Below the pieces are notes generated by a model, which saw only the letters and a program-made list of their open reading frames with translations, was not told the DNA's origin and searched no databases. A stretch of 60,541 nt of DNA, the filler included, from Circinaria calcarea (lineage: Eukaryota), in NCBI GenBank assembly GCA_051942165.1. It is 15 parts of 15 records of this genome, joined end to end, with 100 filler letters (N's around TTAATTAATTAA, not from the genome) between each part and the next. Parts side by side here need not be neighbours in the genome. Positions count along the whole stretch, not along the records: positions 8,115 to 12,064 come from JAVECS010002537.1; positions 12,165 to 16,111 come from JAVECS010002538.1; positions 16,212 to 20,157 come from JAVECS010002539.1; positions 20,258 to 24,203 come from JAVECS010002540.1; 11 more parts are not named here. The stretch is one strand, 5' to 3'. Both the position numbers and the translations under genes were made by a program. Positions within the stretch are counted from its first letter, which is position 1, and the number at the start of each line of letters is the position of its first letter. Below, in pieces: positions 10,057 to 23,962 of the stretch.

Positions 10057-12064
10057 TTAGGTTTGAAATAAGTAAGGCGAGTATTCGTCCTCATCTGAAT
10101 CCTTAACACTCTTGGAATCTTCTGTTTGTTTCTGTTTATCTGAATAACCTCCATGATTCTGGTCCATCTCACAATCATAGCACACCTCGATATTCCCATA
10201 TAACCGTGACCTTCCAGGCGTGAATCTTAGCAATCGACCACAGCCAACGCAAATGCTCTCATCGAGCAATGGTTTCTGACCAGTCTCTTCCCATTCTCGC
10301 CAGCACCAAACGCACATAAACTCATCTTCGACATAGCTATCTGCAACAATGCTTGAAACTTGTCTGACACCTTTAAATTTGCTTATGTGAGCTGACCCGT
10401 GTAAGGCGCTTTGACTCTTTCCTTGAGTCTGCTGGTGATGACTATTTTCCAAAGCCGTATCCTCGACTAGATCAGATTCTCCCCTAGCTTCGGCCATTTG
10501 GTACTGATATTTGAATGTGCCCCCAAGCATATTCCACGCACCCCTGTCCTTTAGTCTCCGAAGCTCGCGCATCCAGTAAGGTTGGACAAGAGGAGTTCCT
10601 GCCAAGCTACAGAATCTGCAATAATCGTCATCAGACAAGTAACAATATGGTTCACCGATATCTGAAGAGAGCAAGGCCAGTAAAGTGTCCTTCTCCCAGC
10701 CAGCACGCTGTAGAGGAGATTGATTCAGTTCAAGGTCCACAAAAACCTCCATGTCTGCTGCCAAACGCCTCAACACATTTTGCAACATGACAAACATGCC
10801 TGCAGAATACATAGCAATTGACGTCGGCGTTTCCTGGTCAGGGAAGAGATTGTTACATCCTTCAAGATGCGCATCTGCCCCGTACGCGAGCAACCGGTAA
10901 ACAAAATCTTCTCCACTTAACCCACGCGATGGGTCTGACATCACCATATGAAGAAGACTCCAGCCGTCGAAGCTTACCAGTCTATAATTGAGGGTTTCTT
11001 GTAGACTAGAGCCAAACGATTGCAGCATCCAAAGAACAACATCTTCTTTGTTGGAATTATCACGGAAAGGCCTGTACTCCATCATCGATTTTATTATGAA
11101 GTATCCATCGAGGTAAAGATCATCTTCGAAACCTGAGAAGTCGACCAAATCGATGAAAAGGCGTAATAAATCAATAATACGGGATGGATCATATTCGGTA
11201 AACCTGAAATCTTCATAAACTGCAATTAGAAATAGAGGATTTCTGGGAGACCCGTTAGTAGATAAATGGAAGATATGAGAGATTACCTACACTCTGTCAT
11301 CGTTGGTACGCCAATCCCTATCAGATCCCGCTTCTATCAGAAGCTTGCAAAGCTCCAGATGATGGAGACATACGGCATACTAGCGCCTTTTATCAGAGTT
11401 CATACTACGTAGCTAGACTTGTCTTTGAAACCGGTAGAAGACCCGAAGGTATTGAGGGAAAGCTAGAAACAGGTGGTGATACTTACATGAAGTGGCGTTA
11501 TTCCATCAGAGTCAACGTCTTTCGGCGATGCCAGACCCCTTTCAAATAGACCTTTCACACCAGCGATATTATCATGCCTGCAGAAGTCAAATATTAGGGC
11601 GTCATCAGGCCGTAGACGGATGACATCCAGGTTTGATTTCCATCCCGAGATAGATGACCTAGAATAACGCGCGTGGAGTCCTTGAACAAGTCCAAGACTA
11701 AACAGCCACTGGGCTGGAAGGATCCTGACAGAGGTCTCGTGCTCGTACTGATCCTCGTCACTGGAACATAAGAGGACTTCGGAACCAGTTGAAAGAAGCA
11801 CGCTAGTTTTCGAGTTTATATAGATTGTGCCAAAGAAACTTTCAACCTTCTTATCGTCTGTTCTTATAGTGCGCTTCCTCCGGGTAGTTTTACTTGAAGG
11901 GGTTGATTGCGGCATATACGATGCTCCTGCCCTTGACCGCTGAGCACGATCGCTGGCATCAAATTCATCGAGGACATTGTTAATGGCCTTTTCAATGGCT
12001 GTCCTGAGACCGAAAGGCAACCCAGAGACATTTAATGTATTAGCCAGGCGGGTGACCTCAGCAC
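10057..12064 (-). CDS. Fungal ankyrin-repeat protein (5' truncated, two introns)
   Basis: IFDFCRHDNIAGVKGLFERGLASPKDVDSDGITPLH spliced (GTAAGT..TAG) to YAVCLHHLELCKLLIEAGSD. Later ankyrin-like DGWSLLH..RLLAYGADAH. The second intron (GTAGGT..CTAAC..CAG, about 11243-11290) restores the frame into ORF 10057-11148. Confidence 0.8.
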
Positions 12065-15000
12065 NNNNNNNNNNNNNNNNNNNNNNNNNNNNNNNNNNNN
12101 NNNNNNNNTTAATTAATTAANNNNNNNNNNNNNNNNNNNNNNNNNNNNNNNNNNNNNNNNNNNNGGGGGGGGGGGTTGTCTTTCAATGTCTTCGCATTCT
12201 GCGCGTAAAGCTCGGCGTTAGTTTGACTGTTATGGATACGGTGGAGTACTTGGGAGGGGGGAAAAGCCGGAGATGGATGCAAGAGGATGAGCTCTACGGA
12301 CAAAGCTGGTTGGGAAAAACGCAACAACGGTATTTGCACTGGCTTTGGATTTTTCTTATTTTCTATACCCGTTGGGTGCGCTATTCGTTCTTCTTCCGTA
12401 TGTAGGCTATACTGAATACGGATGCTAAACACGATTTAGATCTCGCTGGCAGGAGGCGGTCAGCCGGTTCAATCGGAGCGAATCCAAAGTTCCTGGGCCA
12501 CGGCTTCAGAATTCCCACCAGTCATTCTGCCCCTAGCGTTCTTGATCTACTCCTAAGATACCCCGCATAACTCCCGTGTACCAGAAAAGGCCGGTACCCC
12601 AACGGTTGCGCCTTGCGCTGGACCACGCGGGGATCCTGCATCGTTAGCGTAACCCTACAGTGGATAAATCTGTAAGGCGATACATCACATTTACCCCGCT
12701 TTATGGCTAAATACCTCTCTAGATGCACTATCACGGTCCCTCGTGCTCGCAAAGCGTACCTACCAGTGCACAAGTGTAAGATCAGCACTACTGCAGTTCT
12801 TGTACCCAGAACCCGGAACTGATAACGTTACACTATACTCTTGTGTCCATGACCACGCTAGAGTCGCCAGATCCAGTGGTTTCGCTGTAGAGGAGATCTG
12901 GACCGCATGGCCAAGGAGTAGGTTCTAGTTACCCATCATAGAAGCGTACGTCCAGTCGACGGGGGTAGCACTAGCAGTGGTAAAGACTTTCCCAAGAATG
13001 CGTTATTGGAAGTTGGCGATGTATGACCGATGAATTGGAAGCGGAACTACCACCAATGGGAACGCAGAGGCTTTGTGAGGGTCTAGAAGAGCTAATTTCC
13101 CAACAATTATGGTTGTATTCCCAGGTACTGCTAGCTGTGCTCCAACAATAATTTATGTTGCGGAATCGACCCAGATAAGTTGGTCGCTCAAGATATAGTA
13201 TAATAGGCTCCGGTGTGGTAGCATAAAAGGCACCGCTTTTCGGCATTCGGCCAACGCAACTATGACTAAGAGGGGAAGGAGGGAGTTGTGTAGATTGATG
13301 ATTGTATAGACCACCCCACGGTGTATACGTCCGTGATGCTGCGTAACAAAGCAAAGGTTGGGGATGAAGTATGAAAAGTTGGGAGTTTGATGTGGCAGCT
13401 GCTGGTGCACTGGATCGATTTTTCTGAATGATAGGAACAGGTGCGTTAGAAGTCGAGGCTACAGAGGCCGGGCTATTGCGCGGACGATGCATCAGGTTTA
13501 CGTATAGGAGAGACGACTATTGGGTACGTGTCCAAGGTGGATGCTTGGACTAGGAATGCTGCAGTGGGTAAATCTGGGGCGTATTGTCTCGGATAAACAG
13601 GCTGCAAATACCGTCAGATATTAGTACCGTTGACCCTATCGTATGAAGCATCAAGTTTGGAAGTTTCCAGTATTATATCTGCTTGAATAGGCGATGGTAC
13701 ATGCCCACTTCTACAAGACGGCGACCTATAAGTACAGGCTTACGGGCTAGGCCCTGCAAAGACAGTAATCTGCTGCTCATCTGCTGGGCAGCGAGCACGG
13801 TCTTTTTAATGCAAGGCTCGAAGTATTGCTGCATGTGGTGTCCAAGGGGTAAGATCAGAGCCTCCTTGATTTTAGGGTTAGGCGCTGATGGCAATGACGA
13901 TAATGGAGATAGTCAGCCTAGTAGAAAAGATGTTCCTATGTGCGTATGAAAGGTGCCGAACGGTTCATCTAGGGCTTCCAGGGAGCCCTACAAATTTTCT
14001 TGGGTGTTCTAGATCCCGCCTTAGCTACTGTGAGACTTGATGAAAAAGACGGTGAATGTTCAAACTGAAGATGGAGTAAAAAAGTAAACATAGATGAATG
14101 CACAGGGAAACATCAGCACACCTGGGAAGAGCCGAGTGTAGGGCAGAAGGACAGGCTTTAGAAGTCTCCCCTCCAGAGAAAGCATGACCTTTTCTTGCCA
14201 GGCCCGGGTGTCTCTCGTAGAGAGAAACATATAATGGAAACATAGGCAATATTACCAATAGCATCATCAAAGAAATGAACCAGGAGGCAAACGCCAGTGG
14301 GTAAAGTAAGAATAGCCTCATGCAGCGAAGTCGCATAGAAACCGTTGAGAAGGCCCAAGAGGTAAGTTGACGTGCCCAGGTACTCCGAAGCGGGTCAAAG
14401 TCAGCGCTTCTGAGCTCGACGACTTCAGGCTAAACCATTATTAGCGGAGCTTAACTAACCAAATAGCCGCCAACGTCCGATATGGCAAAGGTGGGAGGGA
14501 GAATAACCATCATCAAGGTCAGACTCTGCCAAGAGATCTTGGGGACCCTGCCACATTCGGTCGGACCGTCGGTGGGAAAGGGTATGCCCTGCCGTCCTGA
14601 GTGCCTTCATAATGGTATTCTAGAGTCGATCGAGATGGTGAGGCTCCTTGATGCTTTTCCATCTTATCTACAAGGTTTCCCGATCGGTTGGCTTACCGGC
14701 TAATTAAAGTTTGATGGACAAGGGTCATTAGGGTACAACAGTCATGGAATGGAATAATCAGCGTTGACGGACAGGACAGGGCATGGGCTGTTTCAACATG
14801 GGGCTCCTCTCGACCTTCCTCCGCAGCTTTCCATCTTGGCTCTAGCGTGGGCCGTCGATTGGCCCCGCCATGTCTCCACTATCACAGTAGTCGCGCCAGC
14901 TCGGGCCATCCTCTCATTTCACCCCCGTGACCCCCTGGAAACACAGCGACGTGGATAAACGTGGATGATATGAAATTGTGGAAGCGAAACGTCCAACATG

Positions 15001-15796
15001 TCCGGCGGTTGATAGGGACGAACCACAGACGGCCGATGGATTGGTCATTCAACATCTGGGGGAAGTTGTCATCTCCGACTCCGAGGCGTCCACTGCTCTC
15101 AGTGGGCGCGGGGGGCCTTGTAACAGAGACTGACCCTCGTCACCCTCCCCCTCCACCTCCACCTCTCCTGCCCTTACCCGGGAGCGGCCCCTATCTGTAT
15201 CACCATGGACATCTTCGGAACTTCCATTTACAACCGAGGCGGCAACTCAGGAGAGGGAGCTTCCGGAACAGGTCTACTTTGGGTGATGGGTTCACGTAAA
15301 TCATGGGGTCGGGAGTCTGATGTGAGTGGCCAACTCGAGGAAGATGAATTTCCCTCCCTTCCAGCCCGACGACAGGTTCCCCGGTTAATAAATTTATTCC
15401 TTGAACGGAGTCGCGCAGAGGAGTCAGGATATCCGACGGAGATGGGTCGATGATTGTTGGCTGGATGGGCTATCCCTTCACCTTCGCTGCGACGTTCGCC
15501 GCCGTGCCCATGACCTGATCCCATGGCCTCGACCTTTCTTTCATCTTCCCAATTCATCCACTCAGCGCCGAATCACGGCCCAGGATTCACTGCGGGAGGG
15601 GAGAATACTGCCTGTTCATTTAACCGGCGGAGGCTCACTCAGTCTCCTATTCTTTCCTTTGTTCCTCTATACACACCAGAAGAATCACATATAAACTTTG
15701 ACCTTCTCTTCTTTTCTAGAGCTTCAGGTCAAGCTTCGATCCCTCAAGTGTCTGTGTCTCTCCTTGTAACACACACTTCCCGCTGCAATTTTCATC

Positions 15797-16111
15797 ATGC
15801 ATTTCTCTACCCTCCTTATGTCCGCTGGGCTCGTTCACCTCGGTATAGCTGGCTATACCCTGAGCAGCTCGAACAACTATGATACGAATAACTTCTTCAA
15901 CATGTTCAACTTCATCGCGGTATGGGCCCCTTACACCGTAGGTTGCAGGAATGTTGCTGATGCGTTTCGAAGGGACCGGATTCTACCACGCACGGATACA
16001 CCAACTACCTCAGCCAGGGCGACGCTCAGAATCAGGGACTCATCAACAACAACAACGGGCTGATCTATATCGGTGTCGACTACACCAACATAGCTCAGAA
16101 CCCAGGAAGGA
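15797..16111 (+). CDS. Secreted GH16 endo-1,3(4)-beta-glucanase-like protein, N-terminal part
   Basis: Signal peptide, then YDTNNFFNMFNF, intron 15920-15972, then GPDSTTHGYTNYLSQGDAQNQGLINNNNGLIYIGVDYTN..GR, the typical N-terminus of fungal Lam16A-like GH16. The catalytic ExDxxE motif would lie beyond the contig end. Confidence 0.85.
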
Positions 16112-16211
16112 NNNNNNNNNNNNNNNNNNNNNNNNNNNNNNNNNNNNNNNNNNNNTTAATTAATTAANNNNNNNNNNNNNNNNNNNNNNNNNNNNNNNNN
16201 NNNNNNNNNNN

Positions 16212-16744
16212 ACCAAGACTCGAGTATTTCAGATCCTTATGCCCAAACGTCTCAAGCAGAAGTAATTTACCCTCATACTCCTGCCGATATGACGCGGCGT
16301 GCTAAGTACTTTGAAGAACTTTGCACAGGAAACTGTCATTTCCCTATTCGACAAAGTAGTTCCCGGCCGAATCGGAACAATCCAACCAAACTGGAACGCA
16401 ATCTTCCAGCAGTACTCTACCCTCCAAAACTACCTGGGCCAGACCCTCCTTCCCGGTGGTACTTGCATCCGTCGATTAGCAAACAGGTCAGTCTCTGGCG
16501 TTCATGCCAGATCCTCTTTAACCTTCATGGAAAAAATGCTAATCGTCGTTCACGAAGCCCTCCTGTACCCATGACCAGCACTTCTCGCCGCATTCGTGCG
16601 GCTATGGCCGCAATGCCTGATGTCTCTCTGAGTGACGCAGTCAGTGTGATTCCCGCCATCCCCATGTCAGCAGAATACCACGTTACTGTCTGGAATGATA
16701 AGCACGAAGCGATTCGAATGGAGAATAAGATTACCAAGGCTTAG
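16212..16744 (+). CDS. Possible 3' fragment of an unidentified gene
   Basis: Frame stays open from the contig start to 16744, with a candidate intron (GTCAGT..GCTAAT..AAG, about 16486-16557). No family motif recognised. Confidence 0.25.
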
Positions 16745-17271
16745 AGTGAAGCAGGGAGAATGCTAGTGAATTTGGATCTATAGATAATGTCGGAATAAGA
16801 TGAAGAAGGCACTTGGATTTCTCTGCTGAACTTGGACTTTTCCCTTACAATTGAATGAATGAGCCATGGTTCTCGAGTGTATATACACTACATCGAATTT
16901 AACCAAATACTAGCCCCTTATCAGCTCGAGCCTCCACAGGAGTCGCTTGTTCCTCTCAGAACTGATGGTGAAGATCTGACCGCCCTTCCCAATGACAGAT
17001 TGGCACTATGCCCAGTAGGTACTAGAGACAACTGGCGGGATCATCGGCGATTAGCTTCCGTGTAATCCCTACGCCGATCTGCCCTTTGCACCTGATTGCT
17101 TATACCCTTTTGTACCTTTTCTTCTCACGTCTCCTCAGCCTCGTAGATATCACATCCAGTTCCCATGATGTTGCTCTTTCCTTTTAACTCTTATTGTCCG
17201 CCAACGTTCGTGCTGAGTCTCGGTCTTGATCGAGCATACCAGCCTCCCACATTGATACGACTTGTACCGCC

Positions 17272-19366
17272 ATGGCATCAACCCATTGCACCGGGCTAGG
17301 TCCTCTCGAGCAAGACCCCACTGGGCTTGGAGCAAGCCATCCTGCCTATTGGGACTATTCGGCTTTCAATATTCCCGATACGTTGGACGCTTCACTTGAC
17401 GAGTCTTCGATGCCTTCTATAATCCGAGAAGAGCCAATCGCATCGGCGCAGGCCGTAGAAATGCCCGTGACTGATTCTTCGGCGCCTCAATTGTCTTCAG
17501 TGGGCTTTTACTCGAACCCGGTTGGGCACGACCAGTTTTCGGTACCTCTAGAATTCTTTAACAATAGCAGGCAATTTCCATCTGCTTTCACAGATATGGG
17601 GCTCCCAGGTATCCTGCCACCGCCGGAAATCGAAGGCCATAATCTCATGCCTGTCAGCGATGCAAAGGTTCAGCCTCGACGGCGCATCGATCCTAGAATA
17701 TGGGAAGAGAAGCGCGATATCATTGAACGCCTCTATCAAGACAATTCGTTATCAGATACTATACAGATCATGAAAACCGAGCATGGATTCCGTGCATCGT
17801 ACGTATTGACGGGTCTATTTGTACTTAGAAATGTTTATATAATGTGTGTGCAGGGAGAAAGCATATAAGGAGAAGTTCAAGGAGTGGAATGTTGCAAAGA
17901 ATCTCAAATACCAGCAGGCACTGTGGATGGTAGCGAAGGCACATAGACGGGAAGTTGGAGAGGGCAAGAAGACTACTTTCCAGTTGAGAGGAGTTGAAGT
18001 ACCAACTTCAAAGATCGAGCGCCTTACAAAGGCGTCCACTAGGGCTGTCCCCGAACTTAGCAGTAGGTATACAAGCAACTGGTTCTACGGCCTTTCATGC
18101 TAATCCATTCAAGTTGCTGAAGATACTCCGGGGGGAATTACCTACTTCACACCAGTTCAAGTAGTAGTAGAAAAAAGAATAAGGCAACGGTCCGGAGACA
18201 AGTCGGTTCAGACGTCACTTGTGCCAGGCAGACTGCCATTATCCCAAGAAAAATCACCAAGTTTCCTGGAGATATCAGATATGCTAAAGGTCTTGAGCCG
18301 GAACAGTGACACGGCTTTGTTCCGTGGACTACTCACCGATTATGTGTGTAAGGAGCTAAGGTTTGACTTGGGATGGCATGCAGCTAGCAACTGCTACGCC
18401 ACGCAGCAAAATTTTCAAGAATTAGGGACTTCCTGTTGCTGTAGGGATTACGAGCATGCCCAAGAAGTTTTGTTGAAATCAATGTCTAGCTCGAACACTC
18501 GGAGCGGCGCCTCCCACCCTCTTACCCTATCAAGATTCTTCAGTCTTGTTAGCCGTGTCGCAGCACGGGGTGAATACAACAGAGTGGAAGTAATTCTTGA
18601 CCATCTCCTGATGAGCCTACAGGAGGAAGGCGGCTCGGTCTATCAGGAAACTCTAACTCATCTATCTTGGATCTCAACAATCCTTGTTCGAGCTTATGTG
18701 GCGCAATCCAAGTTCTGCAGTCTCCAACGCCTGGTGATCCCAACCATCACCCAAGCCATCGCCTTATGTGGTCCGGATAATAGACACGTTACTAGACTGG
18801 AGAAGATGTTGCTCCTAGCACATACAGATGGTTTGTCCGTAGATGAATCTGGCGAGACCTTATCCCTTGACATACTTGGAAAAATCGAGTGTCGCTCCAA
18901 GGATATAAACACTACGCTCCTGTTACTGGAGCTCCTTCGATGCCGGTATGAGAAGAGGGGCAAGTTCGAGGAGCTATCGGGGATTCTTGCCCGAATGGAT
19001 CATGTTTTGAATGAAAACATCAATCAACTGAGTCTGTGGGGTCTGGGGCATCTGGACGACTATTTCATACTCACACTAGTATGGTCTTATATCTGGCAAG
19101 GATACTTTAATGAGGCCGAATCCTGGTTACAACGCTTGGTTATGAATCAGCGTGGGAGTCCTATCCTGGACATATCCTTCTTTATCAATGTCCACCAGCA
19201 TCGTTTGTGCAAAAAGGTTTTCAATCTCCTCCTCCGTAAGCAAGGCAAACTGGAAGATCCTGCCCATTTTCCAGGAGAGGAGACTCTGAACGGCAGGAGC
19301 CTCGATAACACTCTAACCACCACACATCCGATGTTTATTGAACTGGTCAAATGCCTCAACTGTTAG
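17272..19366 (+). CDS. Clr5-domain protein with helical (TPR-like) C-terminal region
   Basis: WEEKRDIIERLYQDNSLSDTIQIMKTEHGFRAS spliced to EKAYKEKFKEWNVAKN is the Clr5 signature. Introns 17799-17853 and 18063-18113 join three ORFs in frame and give the TPGGITYFTP motif. Confidence 0.85.
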
Positions 19367-20257
19367 GAGATGCTTGTTCACGAACGCCACCAAACCATCA
19401 CGATCATACCTTGCATCGAAATACGTGTGAGTATCTCCTGGATTACTCACAATATGGTTTCACGGACTGTTTGCATCTACAGCTTGAAGAAGATTTCCCA
19501 AGTCCTAAGAATGATAGTCTTAACTCATCTGTTTCTTACCACTCATTAGCTCTCATCTGCTAACAATCTGCATAATCATCGTTGATTTTCCATTTCCCAT
19601 AACCTCGTTCTTTGGCAGTCTTTCACCGTCTCGCCAAAGCTTACTACATACGGATCGGGAAAAGCCGCTGGCGGACTTTATATTTATACAAGAACATATT
19701 CAAAAGCCAGGTCACATGCTTGGGAATCAGATAAAATTCATCACCATGTACTTTCAAAGCCGTACTTGGCCGACGCGCGAAGTCCTCCATTTGGGGGATC
19801 GTCATAACTCAACCCACTCGGTCGTTCAGTCTCCACCTTCAAGGGTTCATCGTTATTCATCTGGTCATTTTCAAGCCAAAATCTTTTTCTTTTGAAATCT
19901 CAGCGTCATTGATAGGATAGGGGTATTCGACCCGGGGCGGGAGAGAATCTAAACCATGCGAGTCCGGATTCATAGTGACAGGTCCGCCTAATCATCAAAT
20001 TCAACAATGCACCATAGGCTAGAGACAAGGTGGTCAACGAATTTCTATACGTACATCATAGAACAAAGACTGTCAGGAAAGTTCAATCTGACTTTGTTGG
20101 CCTCAAGTCTAATATATCCCTATTTCGTAAAACCCCCCATCCCCTTAAGTCCAGAACNNNNNNNNNNNNNNNNNNNNNNNNNNNNNNNNNNNNNNNNNNN
20201 NTTAATTAATTAANNNNNNNNNNNNNNNNNNNNNNNNNNNNNNNNNNNNNNNNNNNN

Positions 20258-20330
20258 CCTTTCCGCCCCCTTTCCTTTCCTTTCCGCCCCCTTTCCTTTC
20301 CTTTCCGCCTCCTTTCCGCCCCCTTTCCTT
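20258..20330. repeat. Pyrimidine-rich ~21-bp minisatellite at contig start
   Basis: About three copies of CCTTTCCGCCCCTTTCCTTT-like units. Confidence 0.75.
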
Positions 20331-21501
20331 CCCGCTAAGCTCAGCCGGCAAACCCCCAAAGGAACCCCTTCTCGGACGCGGATACCCCTGGTGATAACGG
20401 GAGGTGGAAAAGGGGAGGGGTCAGTACAGGACACAGTCAGTACAGGACATAAGACACAGGGCGCCCTTGGAAGCAAAAAAAAAAAAAAGAAAAAAAGGAG
20501 AGCATGAATGCGAGGTGGGGGATGGTGAATTTTGGGCGTGCTCAGGGGACTGGGCTTGCAAAGTTTTTTTTTTTTAGCTCCCCCCCCCCCTCTCTGAGAC
20601 GGTCACGCCTCTTTTTGCTTACAAGGTAGATCTGAAGGGCTGAATGAGGGAAAACTTGTGGGGGCCTGGAATGGAAAGATATGGGTGCTGGCTGGTGGCT
20701 TGGAAAGAGAAGAAAAGAAAATCGGATGGGGAGGAGGGCCCGAATTCACGGTTAGTGATTTTTGCTTGTTATGAGCGGAGCGGAGCGGTTAGGTTAGGTT
20801 TCATCAGCTGGCGGTCCCGAAACGGCAAAACCACATCGAGACGGGATTGGAAAAACGAGAAAAACTCATCATTCGTCATCATCCACAATAACAAAAGGTT
20901 CCCGACCATTCTCTTTCCTTCTTGGGTCCATTCGGGGGGGAGACGAACAAAGGCAAAGGCAAAGGGCAAAGGGACCGCAAAAAGAACGAGAAACGGAAAT
21001 CATATTCTTCTTCTTTTTCGCTACGCGGCAGAAAACATTCCACAAAGTTTTGAAAAGTTTCTACATATGGTATCTAGATTCGACATCTCCCCATGAGTTG
21101 TGCTTTAAAACGGGCGCAGGCGCGCGGCGAACCTTCCCTTGTAATAAGCGGAGAAATGAAAGAAGACGAAGGAAAAGAAACGTTGCAAAGATTTCGTCCC
21201 TCTTTCCGCCCTCCTCCTTCCATTCTATCAATCAAATCGATTTGCCTCTTCCCCCCTCCCCCCCCCTTTTCATGAAAAACGAGATTCGAAGAATTAAGGT
21301 TTTCCACTGTCTTGTAAAGTTCTTCCGCTATGTTGACCTAGATTGGTTTTCCTAAGAGGCATAGAACATCAAAAAACCATCTACTTGCTGAGAATGAAAA
21401 AGATGCCGTTCTTTGGGCAATGCTTTCTGTAGGATCTGTGAGATGCGTGGGGGGTTTGAAGGGTTGTAGGGAAGGATGAATTTTCGGATGCTGCAATGCC
21501 T

Positions 21502-23962
21502 CTATCTGAATCTGGCGGTGCAACGACCCATCACTTCGCCTTGGCAGACGAGTTCGGCGTTGAATTCACTGCCGTCTAGTGTAAGGTCTGTAAGGTTGAT
21601 GTTAGCCATCTCGAGGAACTGACAATGGGGCAGCGCTACAGCTTACAGATGTCGAAATAAACACGGTAGAAAGTTCCTTGTGGCGTATCCATGCGTTCAA
21701 AGTCTTTTTCGAGATTCTTGCGGGATAGGTCAGAGGTGAGGGTAACGACTTCTTTGATACCTATGATCGATTACTGTTAGTTGTAAATCCCAGGCTACAT
21801 GGCCAGAATGCAAGTAGACTTACGAGGATCCTTCGTATATTCGGGACAGACATCCTCATCACAGGCATACAAAATGTCCTCGTACATCAGTGTTGCCCCT
21901 GGGGCAACCTGTCTGAAAAAGCTCACTTTCACCGGCTCGCCAATCTTGACTCGCTGGCCTTTCTGGACAAAGATCTGTCGTGTGTACTTGCACCTATCCT
22001 TTCCATCCAGGCTGGGTACACGGTATTGCTCTGGGTGGTGACCCTCTTTGAAAGGTTGCAAGGTAGCCATCAGGTAATGCCGACGGGCCACACGGGAAGT
22101 GATGACACGCTCGGTAATACCTGCTGTGACGGCACCCTTGACAATTGCGGCAACGGAATCCATAGGACGGACGACTTTGGTTTGAAACTGAGGGGGGACG
22201 TGGAGTTTGATTTGTTGGAATAGATACTCGGAAGCGCCAAATCCACCAACGACAAGGACGTTCTAAGCCACAGTAAGTTAGCATCATTAGTGTCGATGCA
22301 GGGATATATGGTTACTTACTTGGAGCAATCTATTCTGAGCTTGGATTGCGATGATTTGGTTTCTAACAAGCTCCAGGATCCGGTTCACGACCGGCTCGAA
22401 GCATTGTAGAATTTCTTCATTGGTGAATGTCATGTACCCTTCCTCAATGCCAGCTTCTGGGAATTCTGCTTCGATGCCAACATCAACAGCCCACTTCTGT
22501 CCGTTGTTGCGGAAGTCCGCCTTTATCCGATTCTCAAAGTCCATGATACATTTTGCGTAAACTCTTCCTGCAGTTTTCGATCCGTCTGGTAATTTCATCT
22601 TTCGAATCTTGGCTCGTAAGATGTTGCTGAAATTCCGATTGAGCGCTGTTGACCCGCAAGAATCTCCTGATCCAGCGGTACATTCGGCCACGGTAAACGG
22701 TGTTTCCTCTTCCACCTCATATGCAATTAGATCGACTGTCCCACCGCCACAGTCAACAATCAGAAGCGCCTCGCGGATCTTTAGGTTCAGTAAGCCGGTC
22801 TTTGAACAGAACATAGCTGCTGCTTCTGGCTCAGTGATGAGGGTCAGTCGGTTGTCGTTCTCGTCTCTCAGGAAGCCTGCCTGGATCGCAGCCGCACGCG
22901 TCGCAGCTTTACCCGCATCGTTCCATATCGCAGGTACAGTGAGGAAGTATCGGATATTGCGTTCTTCTCGGTTAAAGACATCTCCCAACGTTTTCGTCAG
23001 CTGATGTCGCATGGCTTGTCGTAGTTTAAATAGATAGTCGGCTGCAACGTCGATTTCCGACTTCCCGGGTGGAAGAGGAGGTAGATTAATCGGGTCGATA
23101 TATGTGTTACCTGAAAGCATGAGTTGTAGTTTGAACCATTCAACCTTTTGAACGCCCGGTTTCGGGTATCCTGTCGGAGCTAGAGCATCTGCAATGTCTG
23201 GTCCCCAGCCGACAACCTTCTGGTATTGGTCGTAGTACAGCACAGTTGGTATCTGATAGAGTCAGGATAATAAGTAGGACATCGCGAGTGTTCTGAATCT
23301 CACTTTTTGCTTGGACTGAGTACCTGCGCCAGGCCATTCTGTAATAATGTCTTCCTTCGCTTCTGTATTAGTCGCAAATGCAAATGCGACTCCAGAAAAA
23401 GTAGTGCCCTATTTGGAAACCCGATTAGCGACATGAGCATAACAGCAGGTAGAATACTTACAAAGTCGATGCCGACGATGAGCTGCGCTTTACTTCTCCC
23501 CGCGCCTTCTACCTCTACCGGCCTATCTTGGCCTCCATATCGACCAAGGGAAGGTTGGGCAGGGCCTCCGTGGACTCCACCTCCTTGTTGCCCATAACCC
23601 CCGGCATACTGCGGTGGCTGCGGGGCGCCCCCTAGAGCGGGGTGACCCTGGGGATAGGAGCCGGTATTAATCGGCGGTGGATGATGGGAGACAGCTTGCT
23701 GAGTCCCTGGAGGAAGTGGGCTCTGTGCTCTTGGGGCGTTGGGATTGTACGTATAGCTTGGTGGGCGACCAAGCCCGTTCTGTGTCGGATTCATGGGCAG
23801 ACTCGTTGTCGACGAAGCACTGCCGGTCGGGGTGTGAATGATGCCGTTGGGAGGAGGAGAATGTACAGACGGAGTGCTGGCAGTGGTGACAATGTTCGGA
23901 CTACTGGATTTGCGCTTCGACCCAAATCCCAGATTCCTGATCCGCGAGTTCATCAGGTCCAT
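21502..23962 (-). CDS. Fungal HSPA12-like Hsp70-family protein with Pro/Gly-rich N-terminal extension (5 introns)
   Basis: Actin-like ATPase motifs LIVGIDF/GTTFSGVAFA, LTVPAIW, ITEPEAAA, IVDCGGGTVDL and LVVGGFGASEY. Ends GRCTARFR-stop at 21502. All five introns are GT-AG. Confidence 0.93.

Noticed and set aside
13673..15694. Overlapping short ORFs upstream of the GH16 gene
   Set aside because: Mutually overlapping on both strands with no family motifs. Probably promoter or decayed sequence.
20644..21400. Short ORFs downstream of the Hsp70-like gene
   Set aside because: Low-complexity 3' UTR or intergenic DNA with homopolymer runs.
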